Part shown: piece after piece, positions 21,324 through 29,885 of the stretch
How the letters are laid out: each line of letters begins with the position of its first letter
Numbering within the stretch: the first letter of the stretch is position 1
From: Candidatus Nomurabacteria bacterium
GTDB lineage: Bacteria > Patescibacteriota > Minisyncoccia > Phycocordibacterales > UBA918
Reading direction: 5' to 3'
Assembly (NCBI GenBank): GCA_020632095.1
Contig: JACKGF010000001.1
Coordinates: forward strand, 541,366 to 605,365
Length of the DNA stretch: 64,000 bases
Program-made: the position numbers and the translations under genes
The notes under the pieces: model-generated
What the model was told of the DNA's origin: nothing
The model's input: the letters and a program-made list of their open reading frames with translations, nothing else
The model's database searches: none

Positions 21324-22859
21324 CTACCGACCAAACCGGTTCTCTACATAATTAACTAAAGCTTGTACATCAGCAGTTCTACTATCAGAGCCGAGCAAGA
21401 TAACTGCCACCACTCTTTCGTTGCCTTGAAAAGTAATACTATGCAATGAAATAGAGGTCTGTCCGGCCGCTAATGTCTCACCTACCTTACCTCCAACAAA
21501 ATTATCTAAATCTTTAACTTCATTAAAATTAATTAGACCGTCAAACTCACCTCCAACATGCGCACCTGATAAAGTTTTATTGGCAGTAATTTCAAAGATA
21601 AAACCGCGATTATCATAAATATATTTAGTCAAACGATACAAATCACCTAGAGTGGAGACATTTTCAGAACTTAGGCCAGACGGATCGGCGAAATGAGTAT
21701 TCATCATACCTAGCTGAATGGCTTTTTCATTCATGCTGGCAATAAAATCGTCTCGGCCAATTTCACCAGCGATCGTCTCAGCCGCTTCATTTGAAGACTC
21801 TACCAACAATAACTGAAGCAAACTATACATAGACACACTACTACGCTCAGACAGACGAGGAATAAGTGAAGTTACGAAGTGCGGTGAAGTAACCTGCACC
21901 CGACCATCAAGGTCGATTTTTTCTGAAGCAACCACAGCTGTCATAAGTTTAGTCAAAGAAGCTATCGGAGCTGGTTTCTGCAAGTCAGTAGCTGCTAAGA
22001 TAGTGCCATTTTCAATATCAGCGATAAAATAATTTGGTGTATCTAAATCTGGCACTAACGGTTCATAAACAAAAGTGTCTCGAGGAGCTTCACTAGCATG
22101 TACCAAAACTGGTGTACCGACTTGAACATTTTCAAATAAAGCTTGGGCCGATTCATCACTCAGGCGAATTCCGCCACCATTAAAATCAGCTTTGACTGGC
22201 GACTTATCTGGATAGGTCGGCCATCCATGAATAATAAAGTTACCTTGAAAAGTTAAGCGCCACGGCAGATAAACCTGACCAAGATTAGTAAAAACTTTCT
22301 CATCTTTCTGTTCTATTTTATATAAACCAGACGGTGTCTCCCACCAAGAACCATCTTCACCAATTCCAAGAATTTCGGCACTTTGCACCAATATTCCATC
22401 TTTAAAGAAGCGTAATTGCTTTCTAGTCATATCTGCTTCAACAAAAGTCATTGCCTCGTCAACAAAGGCATCACGGGTTTCAATAAATAAATTATTTTTA
22501 GATAGAGAAATCTGCGGGCCATATTCAAGCGCAGTCGATGTCTGAGTGTACGGATCGACAATCATGACAGTTGGAGCGAGGGCGAGATTGGACTTGGAAG
22601 CCAGCCCAAAGCCAGCCGTTCCCAAAATTATTAAGGAGAATACTCCAATGACTGAAATTGACACTCGACCAACGGAACGTACAATACTACTGTAGTCTCT
22701 AGTCGACACTCTTCGTCTTTTCACATCAACTCCACGCGGAATAAACATCCCTCGACCATCTCGGGGCTTATCATCATCATATGACAGCAACCGTACTGAC
22801 TGACCTGAATCATCTTGCATACCTATATAATACCCTACCTCAAAACAGTAAATGGCCAA
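21324..22859 (-). CDS. D-alanyl-D-alanine carboxypeptidase (peptidase S11, PBP5-like) fused to an N-terminal TM segment and an L,D-transpeptidase-like (YkuD) domain
   Basis: ASLTKLMTAVVA is the SxxK active-site motif of DacA-type PBPs. The N-terminal part has a YkuD-like HG...GGGIRL region. Confidence 0.65.
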   Translation of the reverse strand: MAIYCFEVGYYIGMQDDSGQSVRLLSYDDDKPRDGRGMFIPRGVDVKRRRVSTRDYSSIVRSVGRVSISVIGVFSLIILGTAGFGLASKSNLALAPTVMIVDPYTQTSTALEYGPQISLSKNNLFIETRDAFVDEAMTFVEADMTRKQLRFFKDGILVQSAEILGIGEDGSWWETPSGLYKIEQKDEKVFTNLGQVYLPWRLTFQGNFIIHGWPTYPDKSPVKADFNGGGIRLSDESAQALFENVQVGTPVLVHASEAPRDTFVYEPLVPDLDTPNYFIADIENGTILAATDLQKPAPIASLTKLMTAVVASEKIDLDGRVQVTSPHFVTSLIPRLSERSSVSMYSLLQLLLVESSNEAAETIAGEIGRDDFIASMNEKAIQLGMMNTHFADPSGLSSENVSTLGDLYRLTKYIYDNRGFIFEITANKTLSGAHVGGEFDGLINFNEVKDLDNFVGGKVGETLAAGQTSISLHSITFQGNERVVAVILLGSDSRTADVQALVNYVENRFGR

Positions 22860-22892
22860 TAGCTAACAGGCTAGCAGAATTCAAACAAGTGC

Positions 22893-23837
22893 TTATTTGT
22901 AATAACTTCGGTACCAACTGGCGAAATTTTTGATACCTGTCTCAAAGGTAGTTTTAGCTTGCCAGCCTAGCAAGGCTTGGGCTTTGGTTGTGTCGGCGTA
23001 AGTTTCGTAGACATCACCTTGTTGCATAGGAAGGAAAACTTTTTTGGCGGTTTTACCTAATTCTTTTTCCAACAACTCCACAAACCGCATCAGTTCCACT
23101 GGTCTACCATTACCCAGATTAACTATTTCATACTGCAACGGCTTTTCAACAGCTTTAACAAAACCAGCCACAATATCATCAATATAAGTAAAGTCACGAC
23201 GCAAATTTCCTTCGTTATAAATCTCAATCTCCTCTCCCTTAGTAATTTTTTCCGCAAACTTCAACATGGCCATATCGGGTCGACTCCATGGGCCGTAAAC
23301 AGTGAAGAAGCGCAAACAGGTGGTTTCAATACCGTACTGAGCGAAGTAATTATAAGCCAATAACTCAGCCGAACGTTTGGTAGCGGCGTAGACAGATACT
23401 GGTCGGTCAGCTGACTCGTCCTCACGAAAGGGTGCTGGAGTAGTAGTACCGTAAGCCGACGATGTCGAAGCAAAAACCATCCGCTTCACACCATGTTTTT
23501 GCATTACTTCAAAAATTGTTTGGGTACCGAGCACATTAGTGGTGACGTAAACTTCAGGTACCTCCACCGAATACCGCACTCCAGCCTGAGCCGCAAGGTG
23601 GCAAACCACATCAAACTGGTACATTTTAAATAAAGCACTGAGAGCGTCTTTGTTATTAATGTCTAAAAAATAAACAGGCACATTCGGCACTAACTCCGCC
23701 ACCCGATTACGTTTTAATTGGATGTCATAATAGGCATTAAAATTATCAACAATTATAACTTGATGACCTTCAGCCACTAAGCGCTTCGCTAATGCACTAC
23801 CGATAAAACCAGCCCCTCCAGTAACGAGAATATTCAT
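22893..23837 (-). CDS. NAD-dependent epimerase/dehydratase (UDP-sugar 4-epimerase-like)
   Basis: ILVTGGAGFIGSALAKRL and YAATKRSAE (YxxxK). Confidence 0.75.
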   Translation of the reverse strand: MNILVTGGAGFIGSALAKRLVAEGHQVIIVDNFNAYYDIQLKRNRVAELVPNVPVYFLDINNKDALSALFKMYQFDVVCHLAAQAGVRYSVEVPEVYVTTNVLGTQTIFEVMQKHGVKRMVFASTSSAYGTTTPAPFREDESADRPVSVYAATKRSAELLAYNYFAQYGIETTCLRFFTVYGPWSRPDMAMLKFAEKITKGEEIEIYNEGNLRRDFTYIDDIVAGFVKAVEKPLQYEIVNLGNGRPVELMRFVELLEKELGKTAKKVFLPMQQGDVYETYADTTKAQALLGWQAKTTFETGIKNFASWYRSYYK

Positions 23838-23890
23838 ACCTATTTAATACCTTTTTATACTACAAACAGTAACGTTACAAACCTTAATAA

Positions 23891-25240
23891 TTATTGTGTA
23901 CTTGCTTCTGGTCCAAGCAAAGCGGCTTTGGTATAGATATTTGAAGGCGCCCAAATCATCCAGCTATTTACCCCAGCATCGTAGCTAGCCTGAATTTGGG
24001 CCCGTACATCGGCCGCATCGTAATCTCCCCCGTAGTCAAAGTCTTGAATCCAAGTGCGGAATTTGTCTCCAGTGTAGACTGGCTTGCTGTATAAACCAGT
24101 AGCGGTCACTGTACCACTGGCGTTGGTAGTAGTGATTGGAGTATGAAGAAAACCTTTCATTGGAGTGGTACTAGATAACATCCGATCAACCCCAGACTGC
24201 ATAGCGAAATTTACCACCTTATATGGATAATCATTAGGGTTTCCTAAGCTAAGAAAACTATTTGGATAATGAGACGGGTAAACCATTGGTGCCACAAAAT
24301 CAAAATACGGCGCCGCCCTGTCTTGTACCTGACCAATAGAAAGATCGTCAAAATTGGTCGTCGTCATACCAAATAAATCGACTGAAGTGTAAGGGGTGCT
24401 GGAAGCTCGACCAGTGTTGGAGTGTTTGAATTCGGCGAAGCGGTCCTCTTCATCAAGTTTTTCATTAAGATATTTGAAGAAGGCCTCAAGGTTGGCTTGC
24501 CTGTCCATGCCGTATTCACCAGCCACGCTTTGGGGATAATAAGTGTCAGCCATATTACCATCAGAAGGATACCGCACGTAGTCAAAATTAAGTTCATCAA
24601 AACCAATATTGTATGACTCTTTCGCTAGATCAATGATGTAGTCCCAGTATGGTTTGGAGGCGACATCTATAAATGACAAACCTTTGTGGTCAGTCCAAAC
24701 TGTTTGTTTGTCACTTTTAAGTACAGCCAACTCGGGATGTTTGGGTGCATAAAAAGGATCCTGAAAGACTGTTATCCGGCCAATTACAAAGATGTGATTA
24801 TCATGTAACATTTGGACCAACTCTGGCATATCCTTAGCCCCACAACGAGCATTTTCCCAAGCCGGTTGCCATGCAGCGCTCTTGGTCGGAAATGAAATCG
24901 TTCCCGAGTAATCCTTAATATCTATAACGACCGAGTTAATCTCAGTCTCTTGCATTAATTGCACTAGCTTCTGTCGAAAGGTCGGAGTCCCTGCTACACA
25001 AGAAGTCATGTAAATCGCCTTGACCGACTTTGGTAGTGGTACATGCTTAACCTCTTGCCTATCATCAACCATTACTTCCAGCTCTGGCGTGTCATTTTTA
25101 CCCACCAGCTCTTCAGGAGTAATGACCGAAGCATTATTAGATAATCCCTCCGACTCAACATCAAATACCCCCAGTGGTACAAATGATAAGGTCGCAAAAA
25201 TTAAAGCGATTAACAAAAGTGGAGTACCAATCTTATGCAT
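23891..25240 (-). CDS. Secreted putative glycoside hydrolase-like TIM-barrel protein (DUF4015-like)
   Basis: Signal peptide. The central region GFDELNFDYVRYPSDG resembles GH-like DUF4015 proteins. Confidence 0.45.
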   Translation of the reverse strand: MHKIGTPLLLIALIFATLSFVPLGVFDVESEGLSNNASVITPEELVGKNDTPELEVMVDDRQEVKHVPLPKSVKAIYMTSCVAGTPTFRQKLVQLMQETEINSVVIDIKDYSGTISFPTKSAAWQPAWENARCGAKDMPELVQMLHDNHIFVIGRITVFQDPFYAPKHPELAVLKSDKQTVWTDHKGLSFIDVASKPYWDYIIDLAKESYNIGFDELNFDYVRYPSDGNMADTYYPQSVAGEYGMDRQANLEAFFKYLNEKLDEEDRFAEFKHSNTGRASSTPYTSVDLFGMTTTNFDDLSIGQVQDRAAPYFDFVAPMVYPSHYPNSFLSLGNPNDYPYKVVNFAMQSGVDRMLSSTTPMKGFLHTPITTTNASGTVTATGLYSKPVYTGDKFRTWIQDFDYGGDYDAADVRAQIQASYDAGVNSWMIWAPSNIYTKAALLGPEASTQ

Positions 25241-25244
25241 AGAC

Positions 25245-25487
25245 TTATTCTAGCGAACGTTCGTCAAAAAGCGTTTCCGTGGTTTCAACAAAAGAGTCGG
25301 CTCCTCGTTCCCCATTTCCTCTGTCAATCTCATTTAAATACACCCCACGACGTAAGGCGTAGCCAATAAATATTAAAATAATACCAATTCCCAAGATTGC
25401 GTATTGCCGCCAAGCCTCCGGCACCCCCAAAAACGGTACGATAGTGAGCAGGATTCCGAATATAAATACAAAAGTTTCTTTGCTCAT
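25245..25487 (-). CDS. Small membrane protein (2 TM)
   Basis: 80 aa with two hydrophobic helices. Confidence 0.4.
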   Translation of the reverse strand: MSKETFVFIFGILLTIVPFLGVPEAWRQYAILGIGIILIFIGYALRRGVYLNEIDRGNGERGADSFVETTETLFDERSLE

Positions 25488-25586
25488 AATTACAATAGCC
25501 TAGATTATAACGCAAAAAGTGAAATGATGCGAAATAACGATTATTGTGTATAATCTAGCCAGATAAACCAACCGAAGGAGTACGAA

Positions 25587-25811
25587 ATGTTTTCAGAAGT
25601 AAATCTGTGGGTTATGACTATTATTTTCTTTTTCGTCTTTTTGTCACTAATAATGCCACTTATAAAAGAATTTAATGAAGTCCACAAACCGAATAAACAC
25701 CCCTCAGCAGCAGCTGAAAACACCGTGAAAGCCTTTATACTTTCGTTGGCTCTGGCAATATCAGGCCTTCTCACAGTAACCTTCACCATCCTTGGATTAA
25801 TCAACCAGTGA
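25587..25811 (+). CDS. Small membrane protein (2 TM)
   Basis: 74 aa, with a GGAG SD 8 nt upstream (ccgaaggagtacgaaATG). Confidence 0.5.
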   Translation: MFSEVNLWVMTIIFFFVFLSLIMPLIKEFNEVHKPNKHPSAAAENTVKAFILSLALAISGLLTVTFTILGLINQ

Positions 25812-25934
25812 GGCAGCAACGCAAGTTAGCTCAGCGATACTCTCTTCTAGAGAGAGTTGCTGGGCTAATTTTTTTAAGTAGAAACAATGATAACGAACTT
25901 GAATGAATAAATGAGCGTAGCGATTATTATGAAT

Positions 25935-26663
25935 TTATGTCCCAATCTCCTCCTCGCCTAGAGGAGATTGCTGGACCAGTCTTTTTTCTGTAGAAACAAT
26001 CACTACAAACTCCCCCTTCTGCCTCACTGGTTCACCCTCCAGCAACTCACGCAATTCGTCTGCAGTTCCAACTAACATTTCTTCATACAACTTGGTGAGT
26101 TCGCGGGCTAGGTATATTTTGGCTTCTGGTAGCTCCTTGTGTAGCGAATCAAGTGTTTTTATAATGCGATGAGTTGACTCAAAGAAAACTACAGCATGTG
26201 GGCAACCAACCAACTCTCGGAAAAAAGTCTCACGACCTTTCTTTTGGGGAGCAAAGCCAAGAAAAGTAAATTGGTTGCCGGCGATACCCGCTAGCGAGAC
26301 AGCCGCAGTGACAGCGGAAGCACCCGGGATGACTTCTATTTGAATACCTGCGGCCCGTACTTGCTGCACCAACAACACTCCAGGGTCACTAATCCCCGGT
26401 GTACCAGCATCGCTCACCAGAGCAATTTTTTGACCTGCTGCCAAATCTTCCAAAACCGACTCGTGTACTCGCTCTGAAGTATGAGCGTCGTAACGCTTCA
26501 TCTTGGCCGAAATTTCATAATGTTTCAACAGCTTTCCTGTCACCCGCGTATCCTCACACAAAACATAATCCGCTTCCTTAAGAATACGAATGGCCCTCAG
26601 AGTCATATCTTCCAAGTTCCCAATTGGGGTCGCCACCAGTGATAGTTTTCCTTGTTCATTCAT
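25935..26663 (-). CDS. rsmI: 16S rRNA (cytidine1402-2'-O)-methyltransferase
   Basis: N-terminal LSLVATPIGNLEDMTLRAIRILKEADYVLCEDTR is typical of RsmI (tetrapyrrole-methylase fold). Confidence 0.8.
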   Translation of the reverse strand: MNEQGKLSLVATPIGNLEDMTLRAIRILKEADYVLCEDTRVTGKLLKHYEISAKMKRYDAHTSERVHESVLEDLAAGQKIALVSDAGTPGISDPGVLLVQQVRAAGIQIEVIPGASAVTAAVSLAGIAGNQFTFLGFAPQKKGRETFFRELVGCPHAVVFFESTHRIIKTLDSLHKELPEAKIYLARELTKLYEEMLVGTADELRELLEGEPVRQKGEFVVIVSTEKRLVQQSPLGEEEIGT

Positions 26664-26749
26664 GACTCAAAACTAACATCCCGCGTAAAAAAAGGAAAGG
26701 CCAGCTGGTAATCTACCCAACTGACCTAAACCACAAACAAACTAAGGGA

Positions 26750-27328
26750 TTACGCCTCCACCCAACTAAAGTGGGAAGTTACACCATCTTGTGTTTCTTC
26801 ATAGCTTACACGATACATTGATGGAGGAATAATAGCCGTTGCATAATTTTCTGTGTATCGTGAGGAAATACCCGGATAACTCGGCGAGGTTCTTGTGTTT
26901 ACAATAGGAGTCTGGATACCCTCCAGTTGATATTCACAAGCCTTTATTTCTTCTCCTAACTCTCTGGCTATTGCATCTTCAACAGATTCATTCGGTTTCA
27001 TTTTTCCTGACACAGCCCCGAAGTCATTCTCTCTAACACGAGTCCTACCGTCACTAAACTGTTGATATTCCATTCTTAGACGCAGACGTTCACCGGGTAC
27101 TCTCTCAAAATACACATCAACACTGATTATGTTAACAATCCGTATAAGCTCACCATTCTCGACAACTAATGATGACTCTCCCGCATTTATCTCTTGCAGT
27201 AACTGATCTAGAGTCTTTGCTTTCCCGACTCCATACGCCGACATATCGACGCCATACCTTTGGAAAAGACTGGCCAATTCTCGTGTGTTCATTATCGATT
27301 CCTTTAGTTGGGGTGTACTTTCATTCAC
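26750..27328 (-). CDS. Nudix hydrolase
   Basis: Nudix box GKMKPNESVEDAIARELGEEI (Gx5Ex7REUxEExGU). Confidence 0.55.
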   Translation of the reverse strand: MNESTPQLKESIMNTRELASLFQRYGVDMSAYGVGKAKTLDQLLQEINAGESSLVVENGELIRIVNIISVDVYFERVPGERLRLRMEYQQFSDGRTRVRENDFGAVSGKMKPNESVEDAIARELGEEIKACEYQLEGIQTPIVNTRTSPSYPGISSRYTENYATAIIPPSMYRVSYEETQDGVTSHFSWVEA

Positions 27329-27357
27329 GACCTATAATGTATCACACAACGTCTACG

Positions 27358-27398
27358 TAAAACAACGGCCGACGCCAAAGGCGTCGGCCGTTGTTTTA
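27358..27398 (-). terminator. Intrinsic terminator downstream of metK (AACGGCCGACGCC...GGCGTCGGCCGTT followed by a T-run)
   Basis: 13-bp palindromic GC stem flanked by AAAACA/TGTTTT. Bidirectional. Confidence 0.65.
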
Positions 27399-27620
27399 GT
27401 TCCTAAATTTAAGTAAATCTATCTCAGTCTACTTACATTACAATTTAACCACGCCGATAATTTTTCTAGGAAGGAGCACCCTTTGTCCAGAAAATACTGT
27501 GTAAATCAAGGAGTGAAACGACTATGATTTTCATACGACGCAGTGATTCGCAAGCTCATTATTTTACAGCATAATTACTGGCGAAAATTTACAATAGTCA
27601 CTACGTTCCTTTGTTCATTT

Positions 27621-28580
27621 TTATTTCCAATTAAACCCTCGGCCAAAGTGGCCCCATTCGGCGGTTTTGCCGTAGATTGGCGCATCTAGCTCTAGGAATG
27701 AGCGAATACCGTTCGGCGTTAAATCATAACCTTCTACGTCTTCAGGTACGCCGTCCACGATAGCTACTGCCATCAAAGCTTCCGGGTGACCAATGGCGTA
27801 AGCCAGCTTCACTAATACCGCTTGTGCTTCGGGATATTTTTCTAGATAATCAACCGCCACGCGACGTGCCATGTAGGCCGCTGAACGATCCACCTTACTC
27901 GGATCCTTACCAGAGAAAGCTCCGCCACCGACTGCAATTTCTGGTCCATAGTTATCGACAATAATCTTGCGTCCAGTCAAACCGGCGTCAGCATCAAAGC
28001 CACCCTGACTCCAGTCACCTGTTGGATTGATATGATATTCACTAGCTCCAGGAATAACGCTTTCAACAAGTGGCCGCAGTTCTGATGTGGGTGCATTTTG
28101 AAAACTGCATACCACCGAAGAGATTTCTCCTTTGTCATTTATAGTCACCTGTGTCTTACCGTCATAAGGATATTTTTCATACACCGCCTGACATAACTCT
28201 CGAGCCAATTCATATTCCTTAGGCATGTACGAATCGGTTTCGCGAGTAGCGTAACCAGTCATAATCCCTTGATCACCAGCTCCAGTTCCTTCTCCAGCCG
28301 CATCAACTCCTCGTGCAATCTCAGGACTCTGCTTCACTATATGAACGTCGATTTGATGATCAGTACCAGCGATACTTTCAACAATTTTAACAATGTCTAC
28401 GTCCTTGGCTAAAGTTGTCACTTCACCAGTCACAAAAATCTTTCCGTGCGATCCAACTGTCTCAACCGCTACTCGACTCTTTGGGTCTTGGGTCAAATAA
28501 GCATCTAGTACAGCATCGGAAATACGATCACACATTTTATCTGGGTGCCCCGGAGAAACACATTCAGCAGTTTTTAACAT
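27621..28580 (-). CDS. metK: S-adenosylmethionine synthetase
   Basis: N-terminal ECVSPGHPDKMCDRISDAVLDAYL and GGGAFSGKDPSKVDRSAAYMARRVA signatures. Short (319 aa) form. Confidence 0.85.
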   Translation of the reverse strand: MLKTAECVSPGHPDKMCDRISDAVLDAYLTQDPKSRVAVETVGSHGKIFVTGEVTTLAKDVDIVKIVESIAGTDHQIDVHIVKQSPEIARGVDAAGEGTGAGDQGIMTGYATRETDSYMPKEYELARELCQAVYEKYPYDGKTQVTINDKGEISSVVCSFQNAPTSELRPLVESVIPGASEYHINPTGDWSQGGFDADAGLTGRKIIVDNYGPEIAVGGGAFSGKDPSKVDRSAAYMARRVAVDYLEKYPEAQAVLVKLAYAIGHPEALMAVAIVDGVPEDVEGYDLTPNGIRSFLELDAPIYGKTAEWGHFGRGFNWK

Positions 28581-28880
28581 AATTTTTCTTAAATTTACTA
28601 ATCACATCAGGACTCTTGGGTTGAATGAAATTCGCGGAAACCAGGAGCGAAAAGTTGAGCCGTATTCTTATACAGTGAGACTTCGACCGACGCCGGTGAC
28701 AAAGAAGTTCGTTAACCCAAGAGTTCTGAAACACAAAATGCGTCATATGACGCACCAGAGGAGTTACGCATCTACCTCACTTGCGTGAGTTGAAGGTCGC
28801 ACCGTTTCTTCAATGAAGAGTGGTTGCGGACGGAGTTTTGGTGGGTGGAAGATTTTGCTAGCAAAATCTTCCACCCACCT
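28581..28880 (-). promoter_or_regulatory. About 300 nt structured metK leader: candidate cis-regulatory RNA (possibly a SAM-responsive riboswitch variant) plus an 18-bp perfect palindrome
   Basis: Long-range pairing ACUCUUGGGUU...AACCCAAGAGU encloses about 100 nt with internal hairpins. A 38-nt perfect inverted repeat lies at 28838-28878. No SAM-I consensus recognised. Confidence 0.3.
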
Positions 28881-29016
28881 ACGGGTCAATTCCCTACTCC
28901 GTTCTCTGGATACTGGTATTTAATTGTGTACGCTTATTATAACTTAAATAAAACAAAAAAGTTACTTATAGATTATATAGTAGTGGGATTATCAACACCA
29001 AAGCAAGACCTAGAAC

Positions 29017-29043
29017 CTCTCCGAAGGGTGGCCCTTCGGAGAG
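29017..29043. repeat. REP-like palindrome (loop GTGGC) immediately 3' of the RAYT gene
   Basis: Sequence CTCTCCGAAGGGTGGCCCTTCGGAGAG. Confidence 0.7.
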
Positions 29044-29047
29044 GTAT

Positions 29048-29704
29048 TTACTCATATTTCAACCACTCCATCAACTCCGCCTTTATGTCATTATGATTTT
29101 TAAAGTATTCAGGAAAAGAAGAATTATTGATGATTTTGTTCTCTTCTCTACTCGCACCAGTGTAGTCAGCCAAACTTGAGTATTTATATGATGAGGCATA
29201 TTGGTAAGCTTTATCTTCGTCCTGTATTCCTTGTTCTTTCCAATCAGACTGAAACAGCTTAACTGGATTTAAGTGGATATAAGAATACAAATATTTCAAG
29301 TACTCATCACTGTCACACCACTTTGCTTTAAACTTACCTTCAAATAACGCACCCTTTCTGTTGTATCTACGATTAAAATACATCGAGTAACCTGTGCAGA
29401 GTTTATTCATAAAAGTACTAACTCCATTTTCTTGTCGCGGGGTAAGTAATATATGAAAATGATTTGGCATCAAACAATAAGCCCCAATATCTACTAAAGA
29501 TTCACCTCTGTCCCACTCATAGATATATTCATGTGATTTTCTTATTTCTCTCATGTCTATTGAAACCAGCGTGTTAACTACGTAAAGTAATTCAACGAAG
29601 CGCATATAATCTGTTTCATCAAGAAAAATAATACGTTTTTCTACACCTCTATTATAAACATGATAAAACTCGTCAAGTGAAAATTGAAAGGAGCGAGTTG
29701 TCAT
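29048..29704 (-). CDS. REP-associated tyrosine transposase (RAYT) / IS200-like Y1 transposase
   Basis: HVYNRG...CLMPNHFHILL (HuH motif) and a downstream catalytic Tyr region YSYIHLNP. 218 aa, flanked by inverted REPs. Confidence 0.7.
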   Translation of the reverse strand: MTTRSFQFSLDEFYHVYNRGVEKRIIFLDETDYMRFVELLYVVNTLVSIDMREIRKSHEYIYEWDRGESLVDIGAYCLMPNHFHILLTPRQENGVSTFMNKLCTGYSMYFNRRYNRKGALFEGKFKAKWCDSDEYLKYLYSYIHLNPVKLFQSDWKEQGIQDEDKAYQYASSYKYSSLADYTGASREENKIINNSSFPEYFKNHNDIKAELMEWLKYE

Positions 29705-29723
29705 AGCATAATCTTAACACATC

Positions 29724-29752
29724 CTCTTTCCGAAGGGCCACCCTTCGGAGAG
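29724..29752. repeat. REP-like palindrome in opposite orientation (loop GCCAC) immediately 5' of the RAYT gene
   Basis: Sequence CTCTTTCCGAAGGGCCACCCTTCGGAGAG. Confidence 0.65.
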
Positions 29753-29782
29753 GCATAGTCATATATGTAACACTCTCCCTAA

Positions 29783-29840
29783 GCTGGTCTTAGGGAGAGT
29801 TTTTAAAACGTTGTTTTCCCTAAGACCGGCTTAGGGCTGG
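29783..29840. repeat. Pair of CTTAGGG-type GC hairpins (CTCTCCCTAAG..CTTAGGGAGAG+T5 and CCTAAGACCGGCTTAGG)
   Basis: Belongs to the dispersed hairpin family CCCTAAG-CCGGT-CTTAGGG, also at 51140-51160, 59557-59590, 60323-60340 and 60577-60596. Confidence 0.5.
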
Positions 29841-29885
29841 GGGAAGTTCCCTGGGTCCTTCCTAGGGGGGTGTCTTATGTTTGGG

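Noticed and set aside
25541-25819. 92-aa minus-strand ORF overlapping the plus-strand small membrane protein
   Set aside because: The plus-strand ORF has a GGAG SD and clean 2-TM topology. The minus-strand ORF is a shadow frame.
27524-27574. 16-codon ORF (MIFIRRSDSQAHYFTA) with a perfect AAGGAG SD on the plus strand
   Set aside because: It is too short to support. It is convergent with metK and has no conservation evidence. It could be a leader or antisense peptide but may equally be chance.
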